A stretch of DNA of 64,000 bases from Desulfatiglandales bacterium (GCA_963662465.1 OY759599.1:2656001-2720000), one strand, 5' to 3'; positions 9,298-19,824 are shown, numbered from the stretch's first letter. The notes: generated from the letters alone by a model not told the origin. Numbers and translations: made by a program.

Positions 9298-11100
9298 GAA
9301 TACGCCCTCATGCAAACCCAGTTCCGCCAGTTTGTCAGGTCCGGGAATGCCTTTTTCATCCCATCCCCTGAGGGCATAGTATTGGGGCAACATGAGATCC
9401 ATGTGGACCACCTGGCCTTTGACCCGGGGCTCATGGGTCATCCTTCTGGGCAGGGCATCGTCTTTTACGGTAAGCCCGGCTTTCAGGTTAAACAGCCGTT
9501 CCATGTTCCATATCTTTTCACCGATCAACCGCAATTCCTCGCTGCCGTAGTCCAATCCGGTAATCACATTCAGCCATACCTGAAGCTTTTCTCCCCACAG
9601 GGGACCATGATAGATGATCCAGCAAAGAACGGCCGAGTCCACCAGAGCCACATAATCCTGGTCGTGCTTGGTCCATTTCACATGCTCCTCGGGGTCCCGA
9701 CGGCCGTCGTAAAAGGGGAGCGTGGCCTTGGTATGGCTGCCGCCGACGTTGTTGGTGGCATACTGAAGCCCGATAATTTCCACCCCCTGGGGATGCCAGG
9801 CGGGCATGCCCATTCCCTTGACACCCATGAACAGCTCAGGGTGACCGTATTGTTCGGCAACAAATTTTCCGCCTTCGGCGAGTACCTCCCCGAAATCCCG
9901 GCGCACCGCCGTCTTTTTAAGGAGCTCAAACATCGCTTTGGTGTTGCCGAAACCCATGGGGTATCCCAGGTCCTTTTCCGGCAGAAACCCCGATTCAAAC
10001 AGCTCCATGGCGCACGATATGGTGGCGCCGGCGGTGATGGTATCCATTCCCAGTTCATTGCACAGGTAATTGGCCCGACAGATATCATCCAGATCCCCGA
10101 AACCGCAGTTGGATCCCAACAGCGCCATGCTCTCATGTTCCGGCCCCTTGGTGGTCCAATGGTATTCCGAATCCTTGATACGGCTGCGTTTGCTGCACGC
10201 AAAAGGGCAGCCGAAACAGGCTTCATCCCGCACCCGGATGTGATCCCGCACATGATTGGGATCCTCATACCATTCAAAGGCCTTGGAATATCCTTCCTGG
10301 AAATTTTTTGTGGCCTGGGTGCCGCTCTTGTTGGCGCGACCCGGCAGGGCCCAGGTGCCGTACATGCGCCGGTTGTACAAAACGCGATTCACCCTCCCCT
10401 CTTCCAGGAAATCCATGACCGCCTGGCCGAATCCCTTCACATCCGCCACATCCACCTGGCCCGTCCCCCCCGCCACAATGGCTTTGAGGTTTTTGCTCCC
10501 CATGACGGCCCCCAGACCCGAACGACCAGCGGCCCGCCCCCCGTCGGCCATGATACAGGCAAACCGTACAAGGTTTTCCCCGGCGGGACCGATGCTCACA
10601 ATGCTGAGGTCGCTTAATTCCCAGTCATCCAGGGTATCGCTCAACTCTTTCCGGATGGCGTGTTCCGTATCAGTGGTCCATGTGCCCCACAAGTGTTCCG
10701 CCGGACGCAGTTCCACGATCCCGTCTCGAATGTAAAGGTACACGGGGAATGGCGACTGACCTTCAAGAATCAAAACATCATAACCCGCAAATTTCAGGTT
10801 GGGACCGAAATAACCACCGCAACAGGGATTTGCGATGCAATTGCTCAGAGGGGACTTGCTTACCACCACGAAGCGCCCACCGGCGGGAACCCCCGTACCG
10901 GTCAATGGGCCGGTGGCAAAAATCAATTTGTTCAGGGGTCCCAGGGGATCAACCCGGGGGTCCACTTCGTCCATCAGTATTTTAAGCCCGGCACCCCGTC
11001 CCCCGATAAATTCCCGGCACAGATCCGGGGACAAATCTTCAATGGCGCGGTTCCCCGTAGAGAGATCGACTCTCAGAATTTTGCCTTTCCATCCAAACAT
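9289..11100 (-). CDS. aldehyde:ferredoxin oxidoreductase (AOR/WOR) family tungstopterin enzyme
   Basis: MFGWKGKILRVDLS, KSPL, SIGPAGEN, GRSGLGAVMGSKNLKAI, CFGCPFAC, LGMDTI, YYALRGWD. Confidence 0.93.
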   Translation of the reverse strand: MFGWKGKILRVDLSTGNRAIEDLSPDLCREFIGGRGAGLKILMDEVDPRVDPLGPLNKLIFATGPLTGTGVPAGGRFVVVSKSPLSNCIANPCCGGYFGPNLKFAGYDVLILEGQSPFPVYLYIRDGIVELRPAEHLWGTWTTDTEHAIRKELSDTLDDWELSDLSIVSIGPAGENLVRFACIMADGGRAAGRSGLGAVMGSKNLKAIVAGGTGQVDVADVKGFGQAVMDFLEEGRVNRVLYNRRMYGTWALPGRANKSGTQATKNFQEGYSKAFEWYEDPNHVRDHIRVRDEACFGCPFACSKRSRIKDSEYHWTTKGPEHESMALLGSNCGFGDLDDICRANYLCNELGMDTITAGATISCAMELFESGFLPEKDLGYPMGFGNTKAMFELLKKTAVRRDFGEVLAEGGKFVAEQYGHPELFMGVKGMGMPAWHPQGVEIIGLQYATNNVGGSHTKATLPFYDGRRDPEEHVKWTKHDQDYVALVDSAVLCWIIYHGPLWGEKLQVWLNVITGLDYGSEELRLIGEKIWNMERLFNLKAGLTVKDDALPRRMTHEPRVKGQVVHMDLMLPQYYALRGWDEKGIPGPDKLAELGLHEGVFDD

Positions 11101-11113
11101 AAGGCTCCTTTCA

Positions 11114-11134
11114 AGCTGTTAGCTATTAGCTTTT
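11114..11134. repeat. intergenic heptamer array AGCTGTT/AGCTATT/AGCTTTT
   Basis: Three consecutive 7-mers in the hdrA-aor spacer; a similar pair occurs near 62836-62853. Confidence 0.6.
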
Positions 11135-11144
11135 TGGCTAAAGG

Positions 11145-14100
11145 CTAATCGCTAAGGGCTAAAAGCAATGAGAAAACCTGTTCCTCATTATTTCCCATCA
11201 CATCCAGCGCCCCACTCCGGCACGATGCCGAACAAAGGCCGCACCCCTTGCACAGGGCAGGGTTCACCACTGCCGTGCCTGTTTCATCGTCCACTTCCAC
11301 CGCATGAAAAGGGCACACCGATTCACAGACGCCGCAGCCCGTACACTTCCGCGAATCCACCCGGGCAATGGCCGCTTCACCCCACATTTCTTCCCGGCTT
11401 AATACGGTCATGGCCCGGGAAGCCGCGGCATGCGCTTGCGCGATGCTCTCACCGATGCGTTTGGGCCCGTGTGCCAGGCCGCACATGAAAACACCGTCCG
11501 TGGGAAAATCCACGGGCCGGAGTTTCATATGGGCTTCCATAAAAAACCCATCCGGGTTCAGGGGAATCTTGAGAGCTTGGGACAATCCATGGTTACCCTC
11601 AGGAGGAATAGTCGCCGCGGCCAGGGACAAAAGATCCGCCTGAAGCATCAATTTCTGCCCCAGGGTCGGTTCGGTCACCACCACCTGGAGCCCGGCATCC
11701 GTCACCTGCACCTGGGGCTTGTCCGCTTCATGATACCGGATGAACATGACCCCCTGATCCGCCGCATCCCGATAGACATTTTCCATGAGGCCGTAGGTCC
11801 GCATATCCCGGTACAGCACGTAAACCTTCATCTCCGGGTTTATCGCTTTTAGTCTTACGGCATTCTTCACCGCCTGCCCGCAACACACCCGGCTGCAGTA
11901 GGGCCGGTCAGCATCCCTCGAACCCACGCACTGAATCATCACCAGAGACCGGCACGATTGTATCCGATCGCTCTTGGCAACCATCTCCTCTTCCAACTCC
12001 AGATGGGTCAGTACCCGATCATCCCGGCCATAGTGGTATTCATCAGGCTGAAATTCCCGAGCCCCGGTGGCCACGATGGTCACGCCATGGGGAATCTCCA
12101 CGGATGTCCGTCGCTCGCCCGTTTCAAGGGTGGTCCGGAAATTTCCCACATACCCTGAAAAGCCCGTGATTTCGGCCTTCGCATGAACCTGAATGAACAG
12201 GTGATGATAAACTTGTTTAATGAGCCCCTTGAGATAAGATACGACATCATCCCCCTCCACCGTGTACCGAAGCCTTCGCGCCATGCCCCCCAGAAAATCG
12301 CTTTTTTCAACCAGATGAACCTTGATTCCCTGGTTTGCCAGGGAAAGGGCGCAAACCATGCCGGATATGCCGCCCCCGATCACCAGGGCGGAACGAAGAA
12401 CGGTATAAGACTGCCGCACCAGGGGAGACAACATTTTCACCTTGGTGGCGGCCATTCGAACCAGGTCTTTCGCTTTCCCCGTGGCCGCCTGTTTTTGTCC
12501 CATATGGACCCAGGCGCAGTGTTCCCGGATATTGGTCATTTCGAAAAGAAAGGGGTTTAGTCCCGCCTGTTTGAGGGCATCCTGAAACACCGGTTCATGG
12601 GTACGGGGCGTACAGGCCGCCACCACCACGCGATTCAAATCTTTTTCCTTGATGGTCTGAACCATTCGCTTGATGGAATCGATGGAACAACTGAACGTAT
12701 CCTCCTGGGCATGGACCACACCCCCCAGTGTCTTTGCGTATGCCACCACATCGGGCACATCCACGCCCTTGATGATGTTGGTGCCGCAGTGACAGACGAA
12801 GACCCCCACCCGCGGGGATTCACCCCGGGTATCCCGCTCGGAGGGATAAGATTTTTCCGACACGAGGGTTCCCCTGGCCCCGGCCACCAGGCCCGCGGCC
12901 ATGGCCGCCGCCCCGCCGGCCATGGTCACGGAATCAGGGATATCCATGGGTCCGGTAAAAACGCCGCAGGCATAGATCCCGGGCCTTTCGGTCTCCATGG
13001 GATGAAGGGCGGATGATTGACAGAAACCGTCTTCAGTGACGGTGATGCCCATCTTTTCCGCCAATAACCGGTTGCTTGCGGGGGATGTGAGACCCACGGA
13101 CAGCACCACCAGATCAAATGCTTCTTCATGAACCCGGGCGCCGTCCAGGCGATACCTGAGGGTGACCGCATGGGTTTCCGGGTCCTCCCCCACAACGGCG
13201 GGTTTGGCCCATTCAAACCGGACCCCTTCCATCCCTTTGGCCCGTTCATAATAACGCTCAAACCCCTTGCCGAATGCCCGTACGTCATTATGAAGGATAA
13301 CCGCTTCCATCGAGGGAATATGCTCCTTGGAAAGGATCACCTGTTTCATGGCATACATGCAGCACACCGATGAGCAATAGGTGTTGCCGGCCGATATATC
13401 CCGAGACCCCACACACTGAATCCATGCAATCTTTTGAGGAGTTGAACCATCGGACGGACGGCGAAGCACACCCAGGTTGGGCCCCGAAGCACTCAGGAGG
13501 CGCTCGTATTCCAGGCTCGTAACCACATTCCGGTACCGGTCATACCCATAAAGACTTTGTTTTAAAGGATCAAACACTTCATAGCCTGGAGAAAGAATGA
13601 TACCGCCCACCCGCACCTCGTGTTCCTGGGCCTGCTGGTGAAAATCAATGGCCCGGCTGTTGCAGGTGGGCACGCAGATTTGGCATTCCTTTCGCTGCAA
13701 AAAAAGACACTGGGCCGGGTCCACCACACTCACCGCCGGCACAGCCTGGGGAAAGGGGAGATGGATGCATTTGACCGTCGCCAGCCCCGCATTGTAATCG
13801 TCCCTGACGTTTATGGGGCAATACTCGGCGCACGTGCCGCACCCGGTACACTTGTCCGCATCCACATAGCGGGGTTGTTGTACCAGATGAACGGTGAAAT
13901 CCCCCGCTTCACCCGAAACCGCATCTACCTGGGTGTCCGTCATAATGGAGATGTTGGGGTTCGTGGCGCATTCCAGAAATTTGGGAGACAGAATGCACAT
14001 GGAACAATCGTTGGTGGGAAAGGTCTTGTCCAGTTGGCTCATCTTTCCACCGATGGAAGAGGCCTTCTCCACCAGGTACACCTTAAACCCTGAATTGGCC

Positions 14101-14210
14101 GCATCCAGAGCCGCCTGTATGCCGCTGACCCCGGCGCCGATGATCATGATGGCGCCGATCTTGTCCTGGGCCGTATGGGGCGTTATGGAACCTGGATCAT
14201 TTTGCGTCAT
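11145..14210 (-). CDS. hdrA: heterodisulfide reductase subunit A-like flavoprotein with two FAD modules (BamE/HdrA-like)
   Basis: GAGVSG and GGGISG, DKTFPTNDCSMC, two IQCVGSRD..YCS.VCC motifs, VCHCG, ACTPRTHE, internal and C-terminal ferredoxin motifs. Confidence 0.93.
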   Translation of the reverse strand: MTQNDPGSITPHTAQDKIGAIMIIGAGVSGIQAALDAANSGFKVYLVEKASSIGGKMSQLDKTFPTNDCSMCILSPKFLECATNPNISIMTDTQVDAVSGEAGDFTVHLVQQPRYVDADKCTGCGTCAEYCPINVRDDYNAGLATVKCIHLPFPQAVPAVSVVDPAQCLFLQRKECQICVPTCNSRAIDFHQQAQEHEVRVGGIILSPGYEVFDPLKQSLYGYDRYRNVVTSLEYERLLSASGPNLGVLRRPSDGSTPQKIAWIQCVGSRDISAGNTYCSSVCCMYAMKQVILSKEHIPSMEAVILHNDVRAFGKGFERYYERAKGMEGVRFEWAKPAVVGEDPETHAVTLRYRLDGARVHEEAFDLVVLSVGLTSPASNRLLAEKMGITVTEDGFCQSSALHPMETERPGIYACGVFTGPMDIPDSVTMAGGAAAMAAGLVAGARGTLVSEKSYPSERDTRGESPRVGVFVCHCGTNIIKGVDVPDVVAYAKTLGGVVHAQEDTFSCSIDSIKRMVQTIKEKDLNRVVVAACTPRTHEPVFQDALKQAGLNPFLFEMTNIREHCAWVHMGQKQAATGKAKDLVRMAATKVKMLSPLVRQSYTVLRSALVIGGGISGMVCALSLANQGIKVHLVEKSDFLGGMARRLRYTVEGDDVVSYLKGLIKQVYHHLFIQVHAKAEITGFSGYVGNFRTTLETGERRTSVEIPHGVTIVATGAREFQPDEYHYGRDDRVLTHLELEEEMVAKSDRIQSCRSLVMIQCVGSRDADRPYCSRVCCGQAVKNAVRLKAINPEMKVYVLYRDMRTYGLMENVYRDAADQGVMFIRYHEADKPQVQVTDAGLQVVVTEPTLGQKLMLQADLLSLAAATIPPEGNHGLSQALKIPLNPDGFFMEAHMKLRPVDFPTDGVFMCGLAHGPKRIGESIAQAHAAASRAMTVLSREEMWGEAAIARVDSRKCTGCGVCESVCPFHAVEVDDETGTAVVNPALCKGCGLCSASCRSGALDVMGNNEEQVFSLLLALSD

Positions 14211-15365
14211 TTAATTCTCCATCGCCATTTCCACAATCTCTGAAACATCCATGATTTCCAGTTTCCCTTCCATCTCAGAGGTGGCCACGCTGTCCTTGAA
14301 GTTGAGGATGCAGTAGGGGCACGCCGTAACAAGGATATCAGCCCCCTGTTCAATGGCCCGGGCTACCAGGATATCGGAGAATCGCTCGCCTTTAGGGGTT
14401 TCCATCCAGATCCGCCCCCCGCCCCCGCCACAGCAAAGGGTGTTTTCCCGTGCATCCAACTCATCCATCACTTGAAGTCCGGGGATGCTGTTCAGCACAT
14501 TGCGCGGCGCGACATAAATCCCGTTGTGGCGTCCCAGGTAACAGGGGTCATGGTAGACCGCCTTTTTGTTCACTTCCCCTCTAAAAGTGATTTTGCCCTG
14601 CTCGATGAGCCTTTCAAGCACCTGGGTCACATGGGTCACCTTGAAATCGCCCCCCAGCGCCGGGTAGTCATTTTTAAAGGTGGTATAGCAATGGGGAGAT
14701 GTGGCGATGATTTCTTTTACGCCGCTTTTTTGAAACACTTCGATGTTGCTTTTCGCAAGAGACTCAAACACATCCCGGTTGCCCACTTTGCGGACGCTTT
14801 CGCCGCAGCAGCTCTCACGGTTTCCGAGAATGCCGAACTTGACGCCTGCCCTTTGCAGAATCCGTCCCGTGGCACGGGCCACATTCCCGAGACGGGTATC
14901 ATAGGCCGGGACGCAGCATGAGAAGTAAAGCGCCTCATGATCCGCACTGAACGTTTCGATGCCCGTATCCCGCACCCAGTCAGACCGTTTATCCCGCTCG
15001 CCGCCCCAGGGATTGCCTTCACCGGTCAATCCCCCCATGGCGCTTCTGAGACTAGCCGGCGCCATGCGGTATTCGAAATTCAGCAGGATATTGCGAACCG
15101 CCCCCAGAATATCCGTAATGGCCACCCCTCGGGGGCAACGGCTCACGCACTGATTGCAGGTGGTACAAAGCCACCACCCTTCATTTTCCAGATCCACCAG
15201 CCCATACCGGCTTTCACATATCATCCGGTGCGGCATAAAAGTCCGAACCGAATTCCACGGACAACTAGCGGTACACAGGCCGCACTGAAAACACAGCTTG
15301 AACGCTTCACCCCCGGCGTCCCTGATCAGGTCAATGGCTTCTTCAAAAGGCTCGACGGTTTCCAA
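14211..15365 (-). CDS. HdrD/BamD-like Fe-S oxidoreductase (2x[4Fe-4S] plus two CCG domains)
   Basis: CFQCGLCTASCP, CTTCNQCVSRCP, ESCCG, YHDPCYLGRHN, LCCGGGGG, TACPYC; TTG start after GGGAG. Confidence 0.9.
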   Translation of the reverse strand: METVEPFEEAIDLIRDAGGEAFKLCFQCGLCTASCPWNSVRTFMPHRMICESRYGLVDLENEGWWLCTTCNQCVSRCPRGVAITDILGAVRNILLNFEYRMAPASLRSAMGGLTGEGNPWGGERDKRSDWVRDTGIETFSADHEALYFSCCVPAYDTRLGNVARATGRILQRAGVKFGILGNRESCCGESVRKVGNRDVFESLAKSNIEVFQKSGVKEIIATSPHCYTTFKNDYPALGGDFKVTHVTQVLERLIEQGKITFRGEVNKKAVYHDPCYLGRHNGIYVAPRNVLNSIPGLQVMDELDARENTLCCGGGGGRIWMETPKGERFSDILVARAIEQGADILVTACPYCILNFKDSVATSEMEGKLEIMDVSEIVEMAMEN

Positions 15366-15397
15366 CCTGCAACTCCCGTGAAAAAATGTGGATTTTT

Positions 15398-15432
15398 TTC
15401 ACTCTTCACTCTTCACTTTTCACTCTTCACTC
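15398..15432. repeat. intergenic heptamer array (TTCACTC)x5
   Basis: TTCACTC TTCACTC TTCACTT TTCACTC TTCACTC. Confidence 0.85.
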
Positions 15433-15434
15433 AA

Positions 15435-16199
15435 TCAATGCATATACCGCCCACCATCCACCACCAAAGTCTGCCCGGTGATGAAATCACTTTCCGAAGA
15501 CGCCAGATAAAGGGCGGCGCCCGTCACATCTTCAGGGGTTCCCAGCCGCTTGAGCGGGGTTTTGGATGTATCGTATTTCGTGATATCCGCCAGGGAACGG
15601 CTGGCCTCCGTATCCGTAAAACCGGGGGCAATGGCGTTGATGCAAATGTTATGGGGACCCAGTTCAACGGCCAGGGCCCTTGTCAACGCCAGGATGCCGC
15701 CCTTTGATGTTACGTAGTGCACAAAGCCGTGGGAACCGGTAAAGACGGTTTCGGAGCAAAGATTGATGATTTTCCCATATGCCGCCTGCTTCATGAAGGG
15801 GTACACGGCCCGCGTGGCAATGAAAGCGCCCTTGACATTCACCCCCATGACCCGGTCCCATTCGTCCAAAGAAATTTCATCAAAGGGTTTTCTGACCAAC
15901 CCGTCATAGATGGCCGCATTGTTGATCAGAATATCGATCTTGCCGTATTGGCCATTGGTTTTTTCCGCCAGGGCCCGGCAGTCCGACTCGCTGGTCACAT
16001 CCCCTTCAAAGAATTGCGCCTCGCCACCCGCTTCTTCGATCAACGAAACGGTCTCTTTCATATCTTCGAAGTCTTTTTCCGAAAACACGATGTTCATGAC
16101 CATGACCCGTGCACCCTCTTGTGCTAATCGAAGCGCGAAGGCCCTGCCCAGACCTCTGGCGCCGCCGGTCACAATGGCTGTCCTGTCCTTCAATCGCAT
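15435..16199 (-). CDS. short-chain dehydrogenase/reductase
   Basis: TGGARGLG, NNAA, YVTSK catalytic motif, NAIAPG, DGG. Start reassigned to ATG 16199. Confidence 0.93.
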   Translation of the reverse strand: MRLKDRTAIVTGGARGLGRAFALRLAQEGARVMVMNIVFSEKDFEDMKETVSLIEEAGGEAQFFEGDVTSESDCRALAEKTNGQYGKIDILINNAAIYDGLVRKPFDEISLDEWDRVMGVNVKGAFIATRAVYPFMKQAAYGKIINLCSETVFTGSHGFVHYVTSKGGILALTRALAVELGPHNICINAIAPGFTDTEASRSLADITKYDTSKTPLKRLGTPEDVTGAALYLASSESDFITGQTLVVDGGRYMH

Positions 16200-16217
16200 G
16201 TCGCATCTCCCCCAGTG

Positions 16218-16306
16218 GATTGATGATTGTTGATTGTGGATTGTGGATTGTCGATCAATGATTGCTAAAACGCCAATCATCAATCAACAATCGCAAATCA
16301 ACAATC
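16218..16306. repeat. intergenic inverted heptamer array, homologous to 9220-9297
   Basis: About 7 GATTG-type 7-mers facing about 5 CAATC-type 7-mers; can fold into a hairpin. Confidence 0.85.
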
Positions 16307-17950
16307 CTAGAACTCGGGTTTCCGGAGCCCGTAGTCGTCCGCAATGATTTGGTAACAGTTATAGCTGGACCCCCGACCAATGGCGGGTCCGCCGGCCACT
16401 CCGGAGGAACACATGTACAGGCCGTCCACATGGGTTTTGAGGCCGCCCGGCAGTCCTCTAAAACGACCGCTCTGGCTTCCGCCGCAGTTCCCTTCGGACC
16501 AGCCGCCTTCTCTCATGTCCAGATGGGTGTCCTGGATATCGATGGGGGTGGCCACACGTTCCGCGATGAGATTGTCTTTGGTCATATTGGGGGCGTATTT
16601 CCGCCATTGATCCATCATGGTGTCAACAAACTCGTCATGCAGCTGCCGCCACTCTTTTCTGGAGAAAAGGCGTGCGGGGGCGGTGAATTCCTCCACATGG
16701 ATACTGTATTTTCCTTCGGGGGCGCGTGTGGGATCCCAGATACTGTCGGGCGCCGTCAGAAGGTGAAGCTTGGAAGGCATTCCCAGCAGAAAGATTTCGT
16801 GCATGTACTTGTCTTCCGTATATCCCAGATCCTTTGGCAGATAGTAGGTCCGGGGGGTGCAATTAACATCCGGATTGTCCTTGGCAGCGGTATAGTTCGG
16901 CAGCTCATGGACGCCGATGGGTCCCCAGAAAAGCTGTGCGCGATCAAAAAAGTAGGTGTCCACTTTCCGTTTCATCTGGGTGGACAGTTTGTCTTCGCCG
17001 ATCATGCGGAGGAACAGCTGCGGCGTGGCATTGTCGGACACCACCATTTGTTTGGCCTCAATTTCGGTGCCGTCCAGCAGCCTGATCCCTTTGACTTTGT
17101 TGTTGTCAATGATGAGTTTGTCCACTTCCGAGTTGATGTGATATTCGGCCCCCATTTTTTTGCCCGCCGAAACGAGGGAATCCGTAATGGACTGGGTGCC
17201 CCCTTTGGCAATGGCCGCCGTCTCCCATCCCAGCACCAGGTGGAGGGTTGCAAAGGCAAACATGACCCCCGGCACATCATCGGGATAGATGCCGCATGAG
17301 GTGAGAAACCCTCTCATCATCAGAATCCTGAGCTCAGGGCTTTCAAAGATATAATGAGCCCATTCTTTTGCGGTCATGAACTGCATGGACGGATCTAATC
17401 CGGTTTTCGGATTGATCACCATTTTTTCCAGGGCATCCGGAATACCATAGGGTGTGGGTACGGCAAATCGATAGTCATGGAATGCCGGCCTGATGTAATC
17501 GTTGTATTTTTGTGTCCAATACAGATAGGCTTCCGCATCGGCTTTTGAGAACTGGGCGATTTGGTCATAGGTCTTTTTGGCGTTTGTCTCGCTGTACTCG
17601 GTTTTTCCGGTCTTGGGATCTACCACTGGATAACCGGCATAGGCCACATAAGAGGTGCCGTCGTCAAACACAGCCGCTTCATTGGTATCCGGGAAGGCGT
17701 ACTCCAGGCCTTCGTCCCGAAGGTTGAATTCCTTATAGGCCGGATGTCCGTAATAGCGCGTAAAATGGGCGCAGAAATTGCCCCGAAACCCGGGCGCGGG
17801 AGAATCATCAAAGGACACGGCGCCGCCGCCCAGATGATCCAGCCGTTCAAAGACCCCTACCGATAAACCCGCCTTTGCCAGATAAGGAGCAATGGTCGTT
17901 CCATGATGTCCGCCGCCGATCACAATTGCATCGTAAGATTTGTCCGCCAT
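16307..17950 (-). CDS. FAD-dependent oxidoreductase, phytoene-dehydrogenase superfamily (COG1233)
   Basis: IVIGGGHHG..YLAKAG..VFER, PGF, AKGG, DPTRAPEGK, VDGLYMCSS; AGGAGG RBS. Confidence 0.88.
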   Translation of the reverse strand: MADKSYDAIVIGGGHHGTTIAPYLAKAGLSVGVFERLDHLGGGAVSFDDSPAPGFRGNFCAHFTRYYGHPAYKEFNLRDEGLEYAFPDTNEAAVFDDGTSYVAYAGYPVVDPKTGKTEYSETNAKKTYDQIAQFSKADAEAYLYWTQKYNDYIRPAFHDYRFAVPTPYGIPDALEKMVINPKTGLDPSMQFMTAKEWAHYIFESPELRILMMRGFLTSCGIYPDDVPGVMFAFATLHLVLGWETAAIAKGGTQSITDSLVSAGKKMGAEYHINSEVDKLIIDNNKVKGIRLLDGTEIEAKQMVVSDNATPQLFLRMIGEDKLSTQMKRKVDTYFFDRAQLFWGPIGVHELPNYTAAKDNPDVNCTPRTYYLPKDLGYTEDKYMHEIFLLGMPSKLHLLTAPDSIWDPTRAPEGKYSIHVEEFTAPARLFSRKEWRQLHDEFVDTMMDQWRKYAPNMTKDNLIAERVATPIDIQDTHLDMREGGWSEGNCGGSQSGRFRGLPGGLKTHVDGLYMCSSGVAGGPAIGRGSSYNCYQIIADDYGLRKPEF

Positions 17951-18029
17951 TTCCGTTTTACCTCCTGTTTATATATGAAAAAATTAAAAAAGGTGTTGAA
18001 TCCTGCTTTTCAAATCCAAAATCGAAAAT

Positions 18030-18821
18030 CTATCTAAGCGACATGAAAACCTCTGCCAGCTTTTCAGCCTGATCATCCGGATCACCTTCGATGAACTGAC
18101 AATCCCTTCCCATATTCGGGGGGGAGGAGAGTGCCGCAATCCCCATTTTTTGAAGCGCTTCCGGGAGAACGTCAAGGTCCCCGGCGCTCCATGAGGGGAT
18201 GGAACGCGATCCCTTCATCATCTTCAACATCTTGGTCCTGGAAATATACCTCAGCTCACCCACCTCGTTGCTCACGGTCACCAGTGCGGGCATCTTGGCT
18301 TTTACCCATTCATATCCTACGGGGATGCTCTTCTTGACCACCACGCTGCCGTCTTCGACGCTGATGTCTCGAGCCAGGCTGATGCAGGGCAATTCAAGCA
18401 TTTCCCCCACAATCAAGCCCACCTGACCGGAATCCCAGTCCCCGGCCTGCCTTCCGGTCAACACCAGATCGTAGTCGCCGATTTTCCGGATGGCGCCGGC
18501 CAACGCCGCAGCGGTGGAATGGCTGTCCAGTTTGTCAAAGTGTTCATCTTCCAGAAGGATCAGTTCATCGGCGCCCGCCGCCAGCGCCTTTCGAAGGACC
18601 GTGTCCGAAACCTTCTTACCCAGACTCAGGACCGTTATTTTCCCGCCCAAATCTTCTTTCAGTTGAACCGCCGCCTCCAAAGCATTTTCATCAAAAGGAC
18701 TGATGACCTGGGGTGCGTCCACGATCACTTCCATTTTTTCAGCGTCCACCCTCACATCGGAAAGGGGCGCTTCCGGATCGGGAATCTGTTTGGCACAGAC
18801 GATGATTTTGATATCCGTCAT
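18030..18821 (-). CDS. etfB: electron transfer flavoprotein beta subunit
   Basis: IVCAKQIPD, FDENALEAA, GRQAGDWDSGQVG. Confidence 0.93.
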   Translation of the reverse strand: MTDIKIIVCAKQIPDPEAPLSDVRVDAEKMEVIVDAPQVISPFDENALEAAVQLKEDLGGKITVLSLGKKVSDTVLRKALAAGADELILLEDEHFDKLDSHSTAAALAGAIRKIGDYDLVLTGRQAGDWDSGQVGLIVGEMLELPCISLARDISVEDGSVVVKKSIPVGYEWVKAKMPALVTVSNEVGELRYISRTKMLKMMKGSRSIPSWSAGDLDVLPEALQKMGIAALSSPPNMGRDCQFIEGDPDDQAEKLAEVFMSLR

Positions 18822-19807
18822 GACAATTCCTCCAGTTTCTCTATGAGTGCCGGTATGATTTCTTCATAATCTTCAACGACGCCGTAATCCGCCACCTTGA
18901 ACATGTTGCAGGCGGTATCCGTATTGATGGCAATAATCTTCTTGGAATGAACCATTCCCACCAGATGCTGAATGGCCCCTGATATCCCCACCGCCACATA
19001 GATGTCAGGCGAAATCATCGTGCCGGTAAGACCCACCTGATGATCCGACGATATCCAACCCTTATCCACGGCCACGCGGCTGCACCCCACCATCACATTC
19101 CCGAATAATTTGCTTAAGGCCCCTCTCAGTTCCTCAAGCAACTCAAAACCATCTTCTTCTCCCAGACCCGCCCCTCCGGCCACCACCACGGTTGCCTTGT
19201 CAAGGGAAACGATGTCCTCCTTGACAATTTCGAGGGATTCAACCTTGATCATGGTTTCATCGATTTCCGGCGTAATTTCTTCGATTACGCCCTTTCCGTC
19301 GCCGCCCTGGGGCGGCGTAAAAACTTTTCCCCGCACCGTCGCCAGTTGCGGTTCTCCTGGAAATTTAAAGACTGAAATAGCATTGCCTCCGGAAACCGGC
19401 TTGGTCCGCAGCAAAAGGCCGTCTTCCGGATCGATGGAAAGATCAACGCAATCGGTGGTCAGTCGGCTGTTCAATCGAGAGGAAAGCCTCGGCCCCACTT
19501 CCATACCCATAAAAGAGTGGCTCATGAGAAACACTTTCGGCATGATCTTTCGGCAGGCCTGTTCCAGGGCCGCTACCCACAGATCAGGCTTGAATCCCTC
19601 AAGCAGCGGGTGTTCCATTTTATAGACCTTGGCCGGGCCATAGGGAATTGCCGCGTCGCAAACCCCTGAAACCGCGTTCCCCATCAACAGCAGGGAAAAC
19701 CCACCTCCCATTTCACCCGCCAGCTTCTTTCCCGCACCTAACAATTCAAGGGTTCTCGTATCCAATGAACCCTCTTTCACTTCTCCCAGTATCAGAACCT
19801 CACTCAT
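18818..19807 (-). CDS. etfA: electron transfer flavoprotein alpha subunit
   Basis: QVGLTG, AVGISGAIQHLVGM, IIAIN, ADYGVV. Confidence 0.93.
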   Translation of the reverse strand: MSEVLILGEVKEGSLDTRTLELLGAGKKLAGEMGGGFSLLLMGNAVSGVCDAAIPYGPAKVYKMEHPLLEGFKPDLWVAALEQACRKIMPKVFLMSHSFMGMEVGPRLSSRLNSRLTTDCVDLSIDPEDGLLLRTKPVSGGNAISVFKFPGEPQLATVRGKVFTPPQGGDGKGVIEEITPEIDETMIKVESLEIVKEDIVSLDKATVVVAGGAGLGEEDGFELLEELRGALSKLFGNVMVGCSRVAVDKGWISSDHQVGLTGTMISPDIYVAVGISGAIQHLVGMVHSKKIIAINTDTACNMFKVADYGVVEDYEEIIPALIEKLEELS

Positions 19808-19824
19808 CCTGAACCTCCTTGCAG

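Noticed and set aside
9289..11100. Calling the AOR-family gene bamB
   Set aside because: The N-terminus and E-x-E active-site region follow the classical AOR pattern rather than BamB as I recall it.
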